Assembly: GCA_028716385.1 (NCBI GenBank)
Contig: JAQUPX010000004.1
Location: 130,234 to 194,233, forward strand
Direction of reading: 5' to 3'
DNA length: 64,000 nt
Source of the DNA: a bacterium
GTDB taxonomy: Bacteria > Hydrothermota > UBA3073 > JACQXS01 > JAQTXJ01
Shown here: piece by piece, positions 9,054-18,989 of the stretch
How positions within the stretch are numbered: position 1 is the first letter of the stretch
Layout: the number at the start of each line of letters is the position of its first letter
Program-made: the position numbers and the translations under genes
Notes under the pieces: model-generated
Told to the model about the DNA's origin: nothing
Databases searched by the model: none
What the model saw: only the letters and a program-made list of their open reading frames with translations

Positions 9054-9608
9054 ATGATAGAATGGATGGAAGGAAAGATTGCACAGAAAGAGCCTACAAA
9101 TTTAGTGCTTGAAACGGGTAGCATTGCTTTTAACATACATATCCCTTTATCTACTTATGAAAAATTAGGAGAAATAGGGAGTAAAGAGAAAGTTCTCATA
9201 CACGTTGATTTTAATTTTACAAATGAACAGGTTTCGTTATTCGGGTTCAAAACTCCCGGGGAAAGGACTTTTTTTAGGGATTTGCTGCTTGTTCAGGGCA
9301 TAGGTCCTCAAACGGCGATTCGGATGATATCGAGCACAAGTTTTGAACTATTTAAGTCTGCCATAGTAAATGAAGATGATAAAGTTCTTGCTTCAATTAA
9401 AGGAATAGGCGGGAAAAGAGCGCAGAAATTGATTTTTGAGCTGAAAAATAGATATAAAGAAGAAAAAATACAGAATAGTATGGAAGGAAATGCAATACAG
9501 GCGCTTGTTGGATTAGGAATCGCACCTAAAAAAGCAAGAGATATCGTTAGCCAGGTTTCAGGCAAAACGCTGGAAGAATTGATAAAGAATGCTCTTAAGA
9601 AGGTGTAG
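9054..9608 (+). CDS. ruvA: Holliday junction helicase subunit RuvA
   Basis: The 184-aa ORF has the RuvA domain I/II layout and HhH region (…LLLVQGIGPQTAIRMIS…, …IKGIGGKRAQKLI…). Confidence 0.88.
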   Translation: MIEWMEGKIAQKEPTNLVLETGSIAFNIHIPLSTYEKLGEIGSKEKVLIHVDFNFTNEQVSLFGFKTPGERTFFRDLLLVQGIGPQTAIRMISSTSFELFKSAIVNEDDKVLASIKGIGGKRAQKLIFELKNRYKEEKIQNSMEGNAIQALVGLGIAPKKARDIVSQVSGKTLEELIKNALKKV

Positions 9609-9705
9609 GGGAAAAGATGGAAATTAAGGAGTAACTTATTGTAACAAATAGTAACTTGTAGTAACTAAAAAGTCATTAGGGAAAAGAGGACAATTATTCT
9701 GAGAA

Positions 9706-10338
9706 ATGTATTCACTGTTTGTTTTAATCGGAATATTAATTGGATATAACACTGAGATTGGAGTGTGTTTTTCGCCTCATGGTGGATGCAAAAATTCCGT
9801 TATAGATGAAATTAAAAATGCAAAAACAGAAATACTTATAGCAATGTATTATTTTACGGATAATGATATAACCAATGCAGTATGTGAAAGTAAGAAGAGA
9901 GGGGTGAATATCAGAGTAGTGCTTGACAAGAGTCAAAAAACGGGTAAGTATAATAAAAGTATTAGACTCGTAGAAAATGATATACCTGTAAGATATGATA
10001 CGAGAGATGGTTTGATGCACGATAAATTTGCGGTTATAGACGATACGGTATTGGTTACGGGATCATTTAACTGGACAAAGTCGGCGGATGAAAAGAACAG
10101 GGAAAATATTATGATAATTAAAAATCCGGAAGTTGCAAAAATATTTAGAAATGAGTTTGAAGAAATATGGGGAGCTTCTATTGATGCAGAGAAGGGGCAA
10201 AGAATTGTAAACATAAAAACGGATAAAAATAATAAGACCCTGATATTAATTAGTATACTGGTATGTTTATCCGCAATAGGCGGGATAACGGCATTTGCAA
10301 GCAAAAGAAGAAGAAAAAATATAAAGGAAGGGGGATAG
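9706..10338 (+). CDS. phospholipase D-like (HKD) nuclease-family protein, membrane anchored
   Basis: It contains the HKD motif LMHDKFAVID…GSFNWT, followed by a C-terminal TM helix and a basic tail. Confidence 0.7.
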   Translation: MYSLFVLIGILIGYNTEIGVCFSPHGGCKNSVIDEIKNAKTEILIAMYYFTDNDITNAVCESKKRGVNIRVVLDKSQKTGKYNKSIRLVENDIPVRYDTRDGLMHDKFAVIDDTVLVTGSFNWTKSADEKNRENIMIIKNPEVAKIFRNEFEEIWGASIDAEKGQRIVNIKTDKNNKTLILISILVCLSAIGGITAFASKRRRKNIKEGG

Positions 10339-10412
10339 GAATCTCTCCATAGAAAAACTATGGATAGCAATCTCTAATCCAGCATAGCTGGAAAGAGCTT
10401 CCTATAATATTT

Positions 10413-10778
10413 ATGTGGAATATAACAACTGAAACACATTTTTCGGCGGCGCATCACTTAGATGGTTATCACGGAAAATGCTGCGGTATGCATGGGCATA
10501 ATTTTAAGGTTAGTATTACGGTAGAAGCAAAGAAGCTTAAAAAAGAGGGATTTGGTATGGATTTTAGGGTACTAAGGCAGAAATTAGAAGAGGTAGTAAA
10601 TTGTTTTGACCATAAAAACTTAAATGAATTGCCGGAGTTCAAGAAAATAAACCCGAGCGCTGAGAACATAGCAAAAACAATATGGGGCAGGATGAATAAA
10701 AAACTTGATAAGTCCGTAAAATTAAAAGAAATAAAAGTCTGGGAATCCGAAAAAAATTTAGTAACTTATTGTGAATAA
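10413..10778 (+). CDS. queD: 6-carboxy-5,6,7,8-tetrahydropterin synthase QueD
   Basis: The 121-aa ORF has the HFSAAHHL…CCGMHGHNF zinc and catalytic motifs. Confidence 0.85.
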   Translation: MWNITTETHFSAAHHLDGYHGKCCGMHGHNFKVSITVEAKKLKKEGFGMDFRVLRQKLEEVVNCFDHKNLNELPEFKKINPSAENIAKTIWGRMNKKLDKSVKLKEIKVWESEKNLVTYCE

Positions 10779-10788
10779 AAGGAGCAGA

Positions 10789-11610
10789 ATGGAAGACTTA
10801 AAAAAGGCAATAAACAAAACAGTAGATGCCATAAGAAAAGAGACGAAGATGAAGCCGGAAATCGGTATAATACTTGGAACCGGGCTTGGCAAACTTGCCG
10901 GGTCCATAAAAGTAGAAACTTCAATTCCTTACGGCAAGATACCTGATTTTCCTATTTCTACGGTAGAGTCGCACAAAGGCAGGTTATTATTTGGAACGCT
11001 TGGCGGGAAAAAAGTTGTGGCGATGCAGGGAAGATTTCATTACTATGAAGGATATTCAATGCAGGAAGTTACTTTTCCCGTGAGAGTTTTAAAAGCTCTC
11101 GGGTGTAAAATTATGGTTGTATCAAATGCGGCGGGAGGGATAAACCCGTTGTTTAATAGGGGAGACGTGATGTTGATATCCGACCATATAAACTTTTTTC
11201 CTGAACATCCGTTAAGGGGAAAGAACGATGATTCAATAGGTCCTCGTTTCCCGGATATGTTAAATATTTATGACAGGGATTTGTTGGCATTAGCGGAGAA
11301 AGTGGCTCTTGAGCAAAGAATACCCGTTAGAAAAGGCGTTTATTTAGGTTTGCAGGGGCCATGCTTTGAAACATCAGCAGAATACAGAATGATTAAAATA
11401 CTGGGTGCGGATGCCGTGGGAATGTCAACTGTTCCGGAAGTTATAGTGGCAAGACATTGTGGGCTCAAAGTAATAGGGATGTCAATAATTACGGATATGG
11501 GGTTACCGGACATTCTTGAACCCGTATCGGCTGCAGTGGTTATAAAAGCGGCAAATGAAGCAGAACCCAAATTGGCAAAACTTGTTGAAGCAATAATTAA
11601 GGAGGTTTAA
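10789..11610 (+). CDS. purine nucleoside phosphorylase (PNP/MTAP family 2, PunA-like)
   Basis: It carries GIILGTGLG…GRFHYYEG…VSNAAGGI motifs. The start was chosen at the ATG at 10789, preceded by AAAAGGAG; an alternative GTG at 10771 overlaps the queD stop. Confidence 0.82.
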   Translation: MEDLKKAINKTVDAIRKETKMKPEIGIILGTGLGKLAGSIKVETSIPYGKIPDFPISTVESHKGRLLFGTLGGKKVVAMQGRFHYYEGYSMQEVTFPVRVLKALGCKIMVVSNAAGGINPLFNRGDVMLISDHINFFPEHPLRGKNDDSIGPRFPDMLNIYDRDLLALAEKVALEQRIPVRKGVYLGLQGPCFETSAEYRMIKILGADAVGMSTVPEVIVARHCGLKVIGMSIITDMGLPDILEPVSAAVVIKAANEAEPKLAKLVEAIIKEV

Positions 11611-12239
11611 TGAAAAGAATATTAGCAGTAGCGTTATTGGCAGTTGTCTGTGGTAGTTGTGCAAAACAAAAGTCAATAGCCAGGCTTGAACCGGAGAAAG
11701 CTTTCGAGCAGGCGAAAAAAGAGTATACGCTTAAGCATTATGATAAAGCGATAGAGAAGTTCAGAACCGTAATTTTTGAATCTCCTGCCGGTAACTGGAC
11801 TGAAGAATCGCAGTATCTACTTGCGAGGTCAAGTTATTTAAAAAAGAATTACGTTCAGGCGGAGACGGAGTATGATTTTTTTATAAACACGTATCCTAAT
11901 TCAAGATTTATGCAGCAGGCAGAGTATGAGCTTGCCGTATGTTATTTTAAGCATTCGCCACCGTTTTATCTTGAACAAACTGCGACTATAAAGGCAATGC
12001 AGGAATTGGATAAATTTATTGCAAAATATCCCGACAGTGAATACAAGAGTAAAATAGAGAAGAACAAAAAGAGATGTATAGACAAACTTGTTAAAAAGGA
12101 TTTACAGACTGCAAAATTGTATTTAAAGATAGGCAAAACCAAGTCTGCAAATATATATCTGAAATCAATACAGGAAAATTATCCTGAAAATTCCTATTCC
12201 AAAGAAGTAGCAATGTTAATTACAAAATGTTCAAAATAG
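11610..12239 (+). CDS. TPR-repeat lipoprotein-like protein, BamD/YfiO-like
   Basis: It has a signal peptide (MKRILAVALLAVVCGSC) followed by TPR-like repeats. Its start overlaps the PNP stop (TAATG). Confidence 0.5.
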   Translation: MKRILAVALLAVVCGSCAKQKSIARLEPEKAFEQAKKEYTLKHYDKAIEKFRTVIFESPAGNWTEESQYLLARSSYLKKNYVQAETEYDFFINTYPNSRFMQQAEYELAVCYFKHSPPFYLEQTATIKAMQELDKFIAKYPDSEYKSKIEKNKKRCIDKLVKKDLQTAKLYLKIGKTKSANIYLKSIQENYPENSYSKEVAMLITKCSK

Positions 12240-12264
12240 AATAATTCTCTGTGCGCACCATAAC

Positions 12265-14364
12265 TTGGAAACGATATTTATTTTAGCGGGAATATTAACA
12301 TCTGCTACGCCTGTAATACCTTTAACATCCTCAGCATCGGTAGAGTCTACGGAATCCGTAAAAACATATCCCAAAATTACCGACAGTGTTTATGTCTTAC
12401 CTAAGGCGGACAGTCTGGTCATTCTTCAAAAAGGTGGGCAAGCCCTCAAAAAGAAAGACGGGCAGGCTCTCCAAAAGAAAGAGGGAACGTCCACGTATAA
12501 AGGGGATACTTTAGTTTATATGTGGAATGATAAGGTAATATGGTTAAAGGGGGATGCGAATATAAAGACTCCGGAAGTAAGAGCAAATGCGGACACAATA
12601 AAATACGAATTGAATAATGAAATTGTTACGATATGGGGAAATCCGGTTTTGTGGGTTGGCAGCCAGGACTCAATTACAGGTAGAAAGATGAAATATAATT
12701 TGCAAACGGAACAGGGAGTTATTTTAGATGGCAGGACGAAAATGGACAAGGGCTGGTTTGAAGGTAGAATCATAAGAAAAGTAGATACAAGCGCATTAAA
12801 TATAGATTATGGGAAATTTACAACCTGTGAAAGAAGACCACCGCATTATTATTTTTGGGCAAGAGAGTTAAAAGTATATATAGACGATATGATTTATTTA
12901 AAACCTCTTGTATTTTTTGTAGGTGAAATACCTCTTTTTGCGGCACCTTTCTGGTGGTTCCCAATTAAAAAGGGCAGGCAATCGGGGTGGCTGCATCTTC
13001 CAAAAGTAGGTAGTTCATCGGACAAGGGAAAATACATAGAAAACTTATCTTATTATTGGGTAACGAATAAATATTCGGATATTACGGCTACGCTTAATTA
13101 CTTTGAGATACAGGGGTTGCAAAGTTTACTTGAAGGGAGATGGGTTTTTTCGCAGTATTCCAGTGGAGGATTGAACGGGTCGTATATAAAAGAAAGAGAT
13201 ACGGGAGGGCAAAAGGGGAATGAGCGTTGGATGCTGCAATTAAACCACTCCCAGAAAATGGCATCAAGGATGTCTTTAATAGTAAGGGGGAATTTTGAAA
13301 GCGATACAAAGTATGAAACTGATTATAGCGATACGACAGTAGTAAAACTTGATAAAATAATAGACTCATATATGTCTATGAATAAATCCTGGGACAGGGC
13401 TTCCGTTAACTTAATTGTCAGGGAAAGAAAAAATTTAGCTGATACGACAGAAAATAGTGTTCAGAGAACAATTCCCGGAATAACTTACGGGTTAACGCCT
13501 ATTCGTATTTCAAAAGGGTATTTTTCTTATTCGGGAGGAATATCAAACTTAAAATCAGGCACTTTGGATTATCAACAAACATGGGACAACAGTGCAACAT
13601 TTACTCTTCCGTTTAATATTTTTAGGTATATTGCAATTTCTCCATCTACGGGACATAGTTATAGTTTCAAGAAACCAATTCCAAATGTGAAACCATATCA
13701 CTCAAGATATAGTGTAACGGCTTCTACGAATATATACGGAAAGTCCATTTTTAAGCCCGAAATCAGGCATATAAGTTCTCCCAATATTAGTTTTTCATTA
13801 GTAGATACTACAAAATCTCTTTCTTTTGGCGTAAATAATGAATTCCAGTTTGTGTATGGCGAGAAAAAAATCAGTCTTGGGGCAATAAATCTATCGGGGA
13901 ACCGGGATTTTGTGCATAACAAATTTAACGATATAAATATTTATTCTTATTCAAGGGCGATACCGTTAGTAGATTTACAGGCATATTCTACTTATAAGAC
14001 ATCTGAAAAGAAATTAAAATTTGACCGTTTGACAGTGGGGTCAAGTTTGGTACGTAAGACTTTTAATCTTTCTACGACTTATAGCTGGGTTCCTGATACG
14101 CTTGATGAACGAAAAAGTATATGGGGAACGCTTAATGTTAATTTAACGAGAAACTGGAAAGCGTCAATGGCAAGAAGGTATGACATTGTTAATAAAAATA
14201 CGATAGAAGAAAGTTACTCCCTGTATAGAGATTTGCATTGTTGGGATATAGCATTTAGTTTTAATAAATATGGGGAGAACTGGAAGTATAATGTCCAGAT
14301 AAAATTAAAAGCATTGCCCGAGATAAAGTATGAGAAACATTATGAGTCTACAGGGATTGAGTAA
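12265..14364 (+). CDS. LptD-like LPS-assembly outer membrane protein (OstA-like N-terminal domain + beta-barrel)
   Basis: An OstA/LptA-like N-terminal domain (GDTLVYMWNDKVIWLKGDANI…) is followed by a long aromatic-rich body typical of a beta-barrel. The start is uncertain: TTG at 12265 with no signal peptide. Confidence 0.5.
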   Translation: METIFILAGILTSATPVIPLTSSASVESTESVKTYPKITDSVYVLPKADSLVILQKGGQALKKKDGQALQKKEGTSTYKGDTLVYMWNDKVIWLKGDANIKTPEVRANADTIKYELNNEIVTIWGNPVLWVGSQDSITGRKMKYNLQTEQGVILDGRTKMDKGWFEGRIIRKVDTSALNIDYGKFTTCERRPPHYYFWARELKVYIDDMIYLKPLVFFVGEIPLFAAPFWWFPIKKGRQSGWLHLPKVGSSSDKGKYIENLSYYWVTNKYSDITATLNYFEIQGLQSLLEGRWVFSQYSSGGLNGSYIKERDTGGQKGNERWMLQLNHSQKMASRMSLIVRGNFESDTKYETDYSDTTVVKLDKIIDSYMSMNKSWDRASVNLIVRERKNLADTTENSVQRTIPGITYGLTPIRISKGYFSYSGGISNLKSGTLDYQQTWDNSATFTLPFNIFRYIAISPSTGHSYSFKKPIPNVKPYHSRYSVTASTNIYGKSIFKPEIRHISSPNISFSLVDTTKSLSFGVNNEFQFVYGEKKISLGAINLSGNRDFVHNKFNDINIYSYSRAIPLVDLQAYSTYKTSEKKLKFDRLTVGSSLVRKTFNLSTTYSWVPDTLDERKSIWGTLNVNLTRNWKASMARRYDIVNKNTIEESYSLYRDLHCWDIAFSFNKYGENWKYNVQIKLKALPEIKYEKHYESTGIE

Positions 14365-14374
14365 TAAAGATTTT

Positions 14375-14396
14375 GCCTGCCTGACGGGAGGTAGGG
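14375..14396. repeat. degenerate copy of GC palindrome (gcctgcctgacgggaggtaggg)
   Basis: It has the same core as 4774-4796 and lies immediately 3' of the LptD-like gene. Confidence 0.5.
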
Positions 14397-14491
14397 AATT
14401 TAGATTTTGGACTTTGGAATGAAGAGTAATTTGGTAATTAAAATGGTAATTAAAGAGTAACCTGTAGTAACTAGTAGTAATTTTCCCCAAA

Positions 14492-16039
14492 ATGGTAAAA
14501 GCTTTTTTAGAGAAAATCCCTGACAAGAGCGGTGTTTATTTGATGAAGGACAGGGAAGGCAAAATAATATATGTCGGTAAAGCTAAGTGCCTGAAAAATC
14601 GCGTTCAGTCATATTTTAGCGTTACTGCGGATTATAAATCAAACATAATCGCATCTAAAGTTAAGGATATAGATTATGTCATTACAAATTCGGAAATAGA
14701 AGCATTGATACTTGAGGCGAACCTTATAAAGCTTCATTTGCCGCGGTATAATATCAGATTAAAGGACGACAAAAAATATCCATACATAAAGGTAACGGTT
14801 AATGAAACGTTCCCGCGTGTTTTTTCTACGAGAGACGTAAGAGACAGAAGCGCAGTTTATTTTGGCCCTTATACCGATGTAAAAAGTATGAAACGCGCAA
14901 TAAAATATGTAAGGAATATATTTCCTGTTCGTAGTTGTAAAGGAAAGTTTCCGGCTCGTTCCTGTCTTAATTATCATCTTGGCAAGTGTTCTGCCCCGTG
15001 CGAGGGGAAAATTAATAAAGAAGAGTATATGGAATTTGTAAATAATATAATGGCTTTTTTGTCGGGCAAATCGGATGAATTGGGACAAAAACTTAAATCC
15101 GACATAGACAGGCTTTCGAAAGAATTGAAGTTTGAGGAAGCGGCAAAAACAAGAGACAGACTGAGGAGCTTGCAATCTATTACAAATAAGCAGAGAGTTG
15201 TTTTTGACTACAATATAAATATGGATGTATTTGGGTTGGAAAGCGTAGAACATTATGGATGTATTGTTCTTATAATTATCCGTAACGGCAAAATAGTAGG
15301 AACGGAACATTATATGTTACATATCCCGATAAATACGACACAAGGGGAAATAGTAAGGGCATTTATTTTGCAGTATTACAAAAACGCTCCATTTTTGCCT
15401 TCTAAGATATTAACGGAAGAGATAGAAGAAAAAGAGAATTTAGAAAGTTGGTTAAAAGTGGAAATTGTATTCCCGGGGACGGACGAATTAAAGGACTTGA
15501 TAAAATTTGCAAAACAGAATGCGAGTTTCTGGCTGACCACGGGTAGAACGGAAAAATTGCCCGGCTCTCTTGTTGAATTGCAGAAGGTATTAAAGTTAAG
15601 CCGGTTACCCGTAAAAATAGAGGCATTTGATATTTCCAATTTAGGGGATAAATATGCCGTCGGGTCGTCGGTTGCGTTTCAAAATGGCCGTAAATTGTCT
15701 TCCGGGTATCGCAGGTACAGGATAAAAACCGTCAAAGGAGTAGATGATGTAGGGATGATGAGGGAAATTGTTTCCCGCAGAATAAAACACGGAAAGTTGC
15801 CGGACCTTATATTAATTGATGGGGGAACGGGACAAACCCGCGCAGCAAGGGAATGTGTACCTGAGGATATTCCTGTTTTTGGATTGGCAAAGAAGTTTGA
15901 GCAAATACATACGCCGGGAGGGAAAATAATATCATTACCGAAGGGGTCTGTTGCACTGAGGTTACTTCAACAAATAAGAGATGAAGCACATAGGTTTGCG
16001 ATAACATATCATAAGAAGATAAGAGACAGGATTAAGTAG
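14492..16039 (+). CDS. uvrC: excinuclease ABC subunit C (UvrC), lacking C-terminal (HhH)2 domain
   Basis: It has an N-terminal GIY-YIG (GVYLMKDREGKIIYVGKAKCLKNRV), a Cys-rich region, a UvrB-interaction region and an endonuclease V-like domain ending …IRDEAHRFAITYHKK. At 515 aa it is about 90 aa short of typical UvrC. Confidence 0.85.
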   Translation: MVKAFLEKIPDKSGVYLMKDREGKIIYVGKAKCLKNRVQSYFSVTADYKSNIIASKVKDIDYVITNSEIEALILEANLIKLHLPRYNIRLKDDKKYPYIKVTVNETFPRVFSTRDVRDRSAVYFGPYTDVKSMKRAIKYVRNIFPVRSCKGKFPARSCLNYHLGKCSAPCEGKINKEEYMEFVNNIMAFLSGKSDELGQKLKSDIDRLSKELKFEEAAKTRDRLRSLQSITNKQRVVFDYNINMDVFGLESVEHYGCIVLIIIRNGKIVGTEHYMLHIPINTTQGEIVRAFILQYYKNAPFLPSKILTEEIEEKENLESWLKVEIVFPGTDELKDLIKFAKQNASFWLTTGRTEKLPGSLVELQKVLKLSRLPVKIEAFDISNLGDKYAVGSSVAFQNGRKLSSGYRRYRIKTVKGVDDVGMMREIVSRRIKHGKLPDLILIDGGTGQTRAARECVPEDIPVFGLAKKFEQIHTPGGKIISLPKGSVALRLLQQIRDEAHRFAITYHKKIRDRIK

Positions 16040-16090
16040 GAAGTAGATAGTGAAAACCGGAAAAAAACAGACAACAGAATACAAAAAAAT

Positions 16091-16146
16091 TAGCTACGGA
16101 TAACAGACACGCCTGCCTGCCGGCAAGGCAGGGATTTACACGGATT
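16091..16146 (+). repeat. repeat element: TAGCTACGGATAACAGACAC + GC palindrome (16111-16133) + GATTTACACGGATT
   Basis: It is near-identical to unit 2 of the tandem repeat at 4756-4810. Confidence 0.8.
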
Positions 16147-16312
16147 GAGACAGAGAATATAAAGCAGTTAAAAGTGAGAAACGAATAGTATATCAGATTA
16201 CAGATGAAATGGATTCCCGCTTTCGCGGGAATGACAAACGAGGGAAAGAAAATCATACTAAAGGCGGAGGAGGTTTAATAAGGTTGAAAAATCAGGTGGG
16301 TAGGGGAGGGGT

Positions 16313-16786
16313 ATGGGAAAAGGAATTTATTGTTTAGCATTTAATACGAGTTATGGATGGTTGACATTATATGCTACGAATAAAGGGATTAAGGAAATAA
16401 AATTTGGAAAGTGGGGTGATAAGAATTCTGATAAAGCTAAATCTTCTATATTATATGAATTAAAAGAAGATATATTGTGTTATTTAGAAGGGAAAAAAGG
16501 TGGCCGGAAAAGTTTTGAGTATACGCTCGATGCGAAGTTTAGTGATTTCCAGTTGAAATTGTTTAAGGCATTAAAGAAGAATGTTTCTTATGGAGAAACG
16601 ATTAGTTACAAAGAATTAGCGGATAAAATAAAAAGTTCTCCCCGTGCCTGTGGGCAGGCGCTTGGATCAAATCCTTTACCAATAATAATTCCATGTCATC
16701 GTGTAATACAAAAGAACGGTGAATTAGGTGGTTTTGGAGGTGGGATTAAATGGAAGCAAGCGTTAATTAATCTGGAGAAGAGTTAA
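16313..16786 (+). CDS. ogt: methylated-DNA--protein-cysteine methyltransferase (Ogt/MGMT)
   Basis: It has the PCHRV active-site motif (…IIIPCHRVIQKNGELGGFGGG…). Confidence 0.8.
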   Translation: MGKGIYCLAFNTSYGWLTLYATNKGIKEIKFGKWGDKNSDKAKSSILYELKEDILCYLEGKKGGRKSFEYTLDAKFSDFQLKLFKALKKNVSYGETISYKELADKIKSSPRACGQALGSNPLPIIIPCHRVIQKNGELGGFGGGIKWKQALINLEKS

Positions 16787-17009
16787 TAAATAGAAGGAAT
16801 TGGATAATCGTATATTCGTTAAAAGGTAAGATATTGAATAATATTATTTTAACCTTGAGTTGTTATAAAACGACAGATAAACAATTATGGGGCTAAAGCC
16901 CATTGTTTTCTTTGTCCCACCTCCCCCCGTGCTAAAGCACAGGGTAATTGAAATTGAAAAATAATTAACCCTTTATTTATGGTGTTCTATGTGGGGAGTG
17001 AAATTCCTT

Positions 17010-18989
17010 TTAATAGTAAGAATCGGAGTTGTAGCCGTATTTCGATTCTCTTTTTGGCAGGGAGAATTTCTGGTATACGGTTTTGCTTAATTCCTGTAAA
17101 AACGGGGAAGGTTGAAGAACGTTAGTAATCATATAATTTCTTGTTGCCGTCATCGGGTAAGTCAGGATAAGGTGTCTTTTGGCTCTTGTTGTAGCGACAT
17201 AAAAGAGCCGTCTTTCTTCTTCATATTGTTCGTCATTTTCGTAAGCTTTTGATATGGGGAAATGTCCATCGGACATAGATATAATAAATACAACGTCCCA
17301 TTCAAGCCCTTTTGCCCTGTGAACAGTGCTTAGTGTGAGCGCATTTACTTCTTCTTTATGTTTTGGCATATCTATTTCTTCATTCGTTGCAGGTTCTTTC
17401 AATAAGATTTCGGAGAGAAAATCGTTAGTGGAATCATATTGAAGGGAGTGTTGAGCGAGTTGTTTTATATCATTTTCCCTGTCCTGGTAATCCGTATATG
17501 TATAACGTAAGTGGTCTATGTATCCCGCATCGGTTATTTTCTCTATCATATCGGAAGGCCTGTCATTGTCTTTCAGTGTTTTCAATAATTGACAAAAGGA
17601 GTTCCAGCTTGTCATTGATTTTTTAGGTATAAAGGAGGCATTTTCAACACATTCGTTATTTGTTTCGGATATTTTTTTCCAGATTTTTTGGGCATTGGAT
17701 TCTCCGATCCCGTCAAGTAATTTTACTATTCTTTTGAATGCCAGTTCGTCAGTAGGATTAGCAATGAACTTCAGATAAGAGATAACGTCTTTTATGTGTG
17801 CTCTTTCAAAAAACCTTACGCCTGACCTTATGATATAAGGCATTTTGCATTTCAGCAGGTTCATTTCAAGTTCCATTGATTGGAAGTGTGCTCTGTATAA
17901 TACTGCTATTTGTTTCAATTTAATACCTTTATTAAGGAATTCAAAAATTTGCTGGCATACGAATTCTGCTTGCTGGTAGGAGTCTTCAGTTGACACTATC
18001 ATTGGGCGGTCGCCGTCTTTTTTTGTACTGATGAGTCGTTTTTTGAATACGTCTTCGGTATTTTTCACTATTTCGTTGGCAAAGGACAGGACTTGCGGGC
18101 TGCTGCGGTAATTAGTTTCAAGTTTGAAGACTTTTGCATCCGGGTATTTTGTAGTGAATTCTATTATATTTCTGTATTCTGCGCCTCTGAAAGAGTATAT
18201 GCTCTGGACTTCATCTCCGACTACCATAATATTTTTATGGGTAGAAGTCATTTTATATATTATATCCAGCTGTAGTTTATTAGTATCCTGGTATTCATCC
18301 ACGAGTATGTATTTGAATTTTCCCGTTATGGAGGCGTTAACTTCAGGTATATCCAACAATTTATTCCAGTAAGTAAGCAAGTCGTCAAAATCCATTATAT
18401 TTTGTTTTTTCTTTTTGGTATCGTAAAGTTCGAGCACTGAAGTTATTTCTTTAATATTATTTTTTAAGAAAGGGTATCTGTCTTTTATAACCTGTTCGAC
18501 CGAAATTAAGCAATTTTGGGCTAAAGACAGGATTTCAATCAATATATCCGCTTTAGGGAATTTCGTTGATTTTATATCAATGGAAAGTTCTTTGATACAT
18601 TCCGTTGTGAGGGTTTTACAATCTTCCCTGTCTATTATGGTAAAATTGGATAGATAGTTAACGTATCGTGCATATTTTCGTAGAAACCTATTTCCTATAT
18701 GATGGAATGTTCCTCCCCATATTTCTTTTGATTCTTCTCCTAGAAGTAAATTAACTCTATTTAACATTTCTGCGGCGGCTCTCTGGGTGAAAGTAAGAAG
18801 AATCATTTGATAAGGGGATATTCCTCGTTCTAACAAATAAGCAGCTCTATAAGTAAGAACACGTGTTTTTCCGCTGCCTGCGCCGGCGAGCACGAGTGAG
18901 GGGCCATCTTCCGCCTTTACTGCTTTGTATTGTTCGGGATTTAGTTCTTTTTCGTAATCTATATTTTTGGCTTCAGGGGAGGGGGTCAT
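17010..18989 (-). CDS. UvrD/PcrA/Rep-family ATP-dependent DNA helicase
   Basis: It has the Walker A (GAGSGKTRVLTYR), motifs II (DEYQDTN) and …, plus a UvrD C-terminal region. Confidence 0.85.
   Translation of the reverse strand: MTPSPEAKNIDYEKELNPEQYKAVKAEDGPSLVLAGAGSGKTRVLTYRAAYLLERGISPYQMILLTFTQRAAAEMLNRVNLLLGEESKEIWGGTFHHIGNRFLRKYARYVNYLSNFTIIDREDCKTLTTECIKELSIDIKSTKFPKADILIEILSLAQNCLISVEQVIKDRYPFLKNNIKEITSVLELYDTKKKKQNIMDFDDLLTYWNKLLDIPEVNASITGKFKYILVDEYQDTNKLQLDIIYKMTSTHKNIMVVGDEVQSIYSFRGAEYRNIIEFTTKYPDAKVFKLETNYRSSPQVLSFANEIVKNTEDVFKKRLISTKKDGDRPMIVSTEDSYQQAEFVCQQIFEFLNKGIKLKQIAVLYRAHFQSMELEMNLLKCKMPYIIRSGVRFFERAHIKDVISYLKFIANPTDELAFKRIVKLLDGIGESNAQKIWKKISETNNECVENASFIPKKSMTSWNSFCQLLKTLKDNDRPSDMIEKITDAGYIDHLRYTYTDYQDRENDIKQLAQHSLQYDSTNDFLSEILLKEPATNEEIDMPKHKEEVNALTLSTVHRAKGLEWDVVFIISMSDGHFPISKAYENDEQYEEERRLFYVATTRAKRHLILTYPMTATRNYMITNVLQPSPFLQELSKTVYQKFSLPKRESKYGYNSDSYY

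Noticed and set aside
14759-15310. Long antisense ORFs inside conserved genes (for example 183 aa within uvrC, 168 aa at 20339-20845 within secD, 156 aa at 37175-37645 within the polyprenyl synthase, 145 aa at 9933-10370, and 112 aa at 62132-62470 within recG).
   Set aside because: They overlap well-supported conserved genes on the opposite strand and have low-complexity or hydrophobic translations. They are shadow ORFs.
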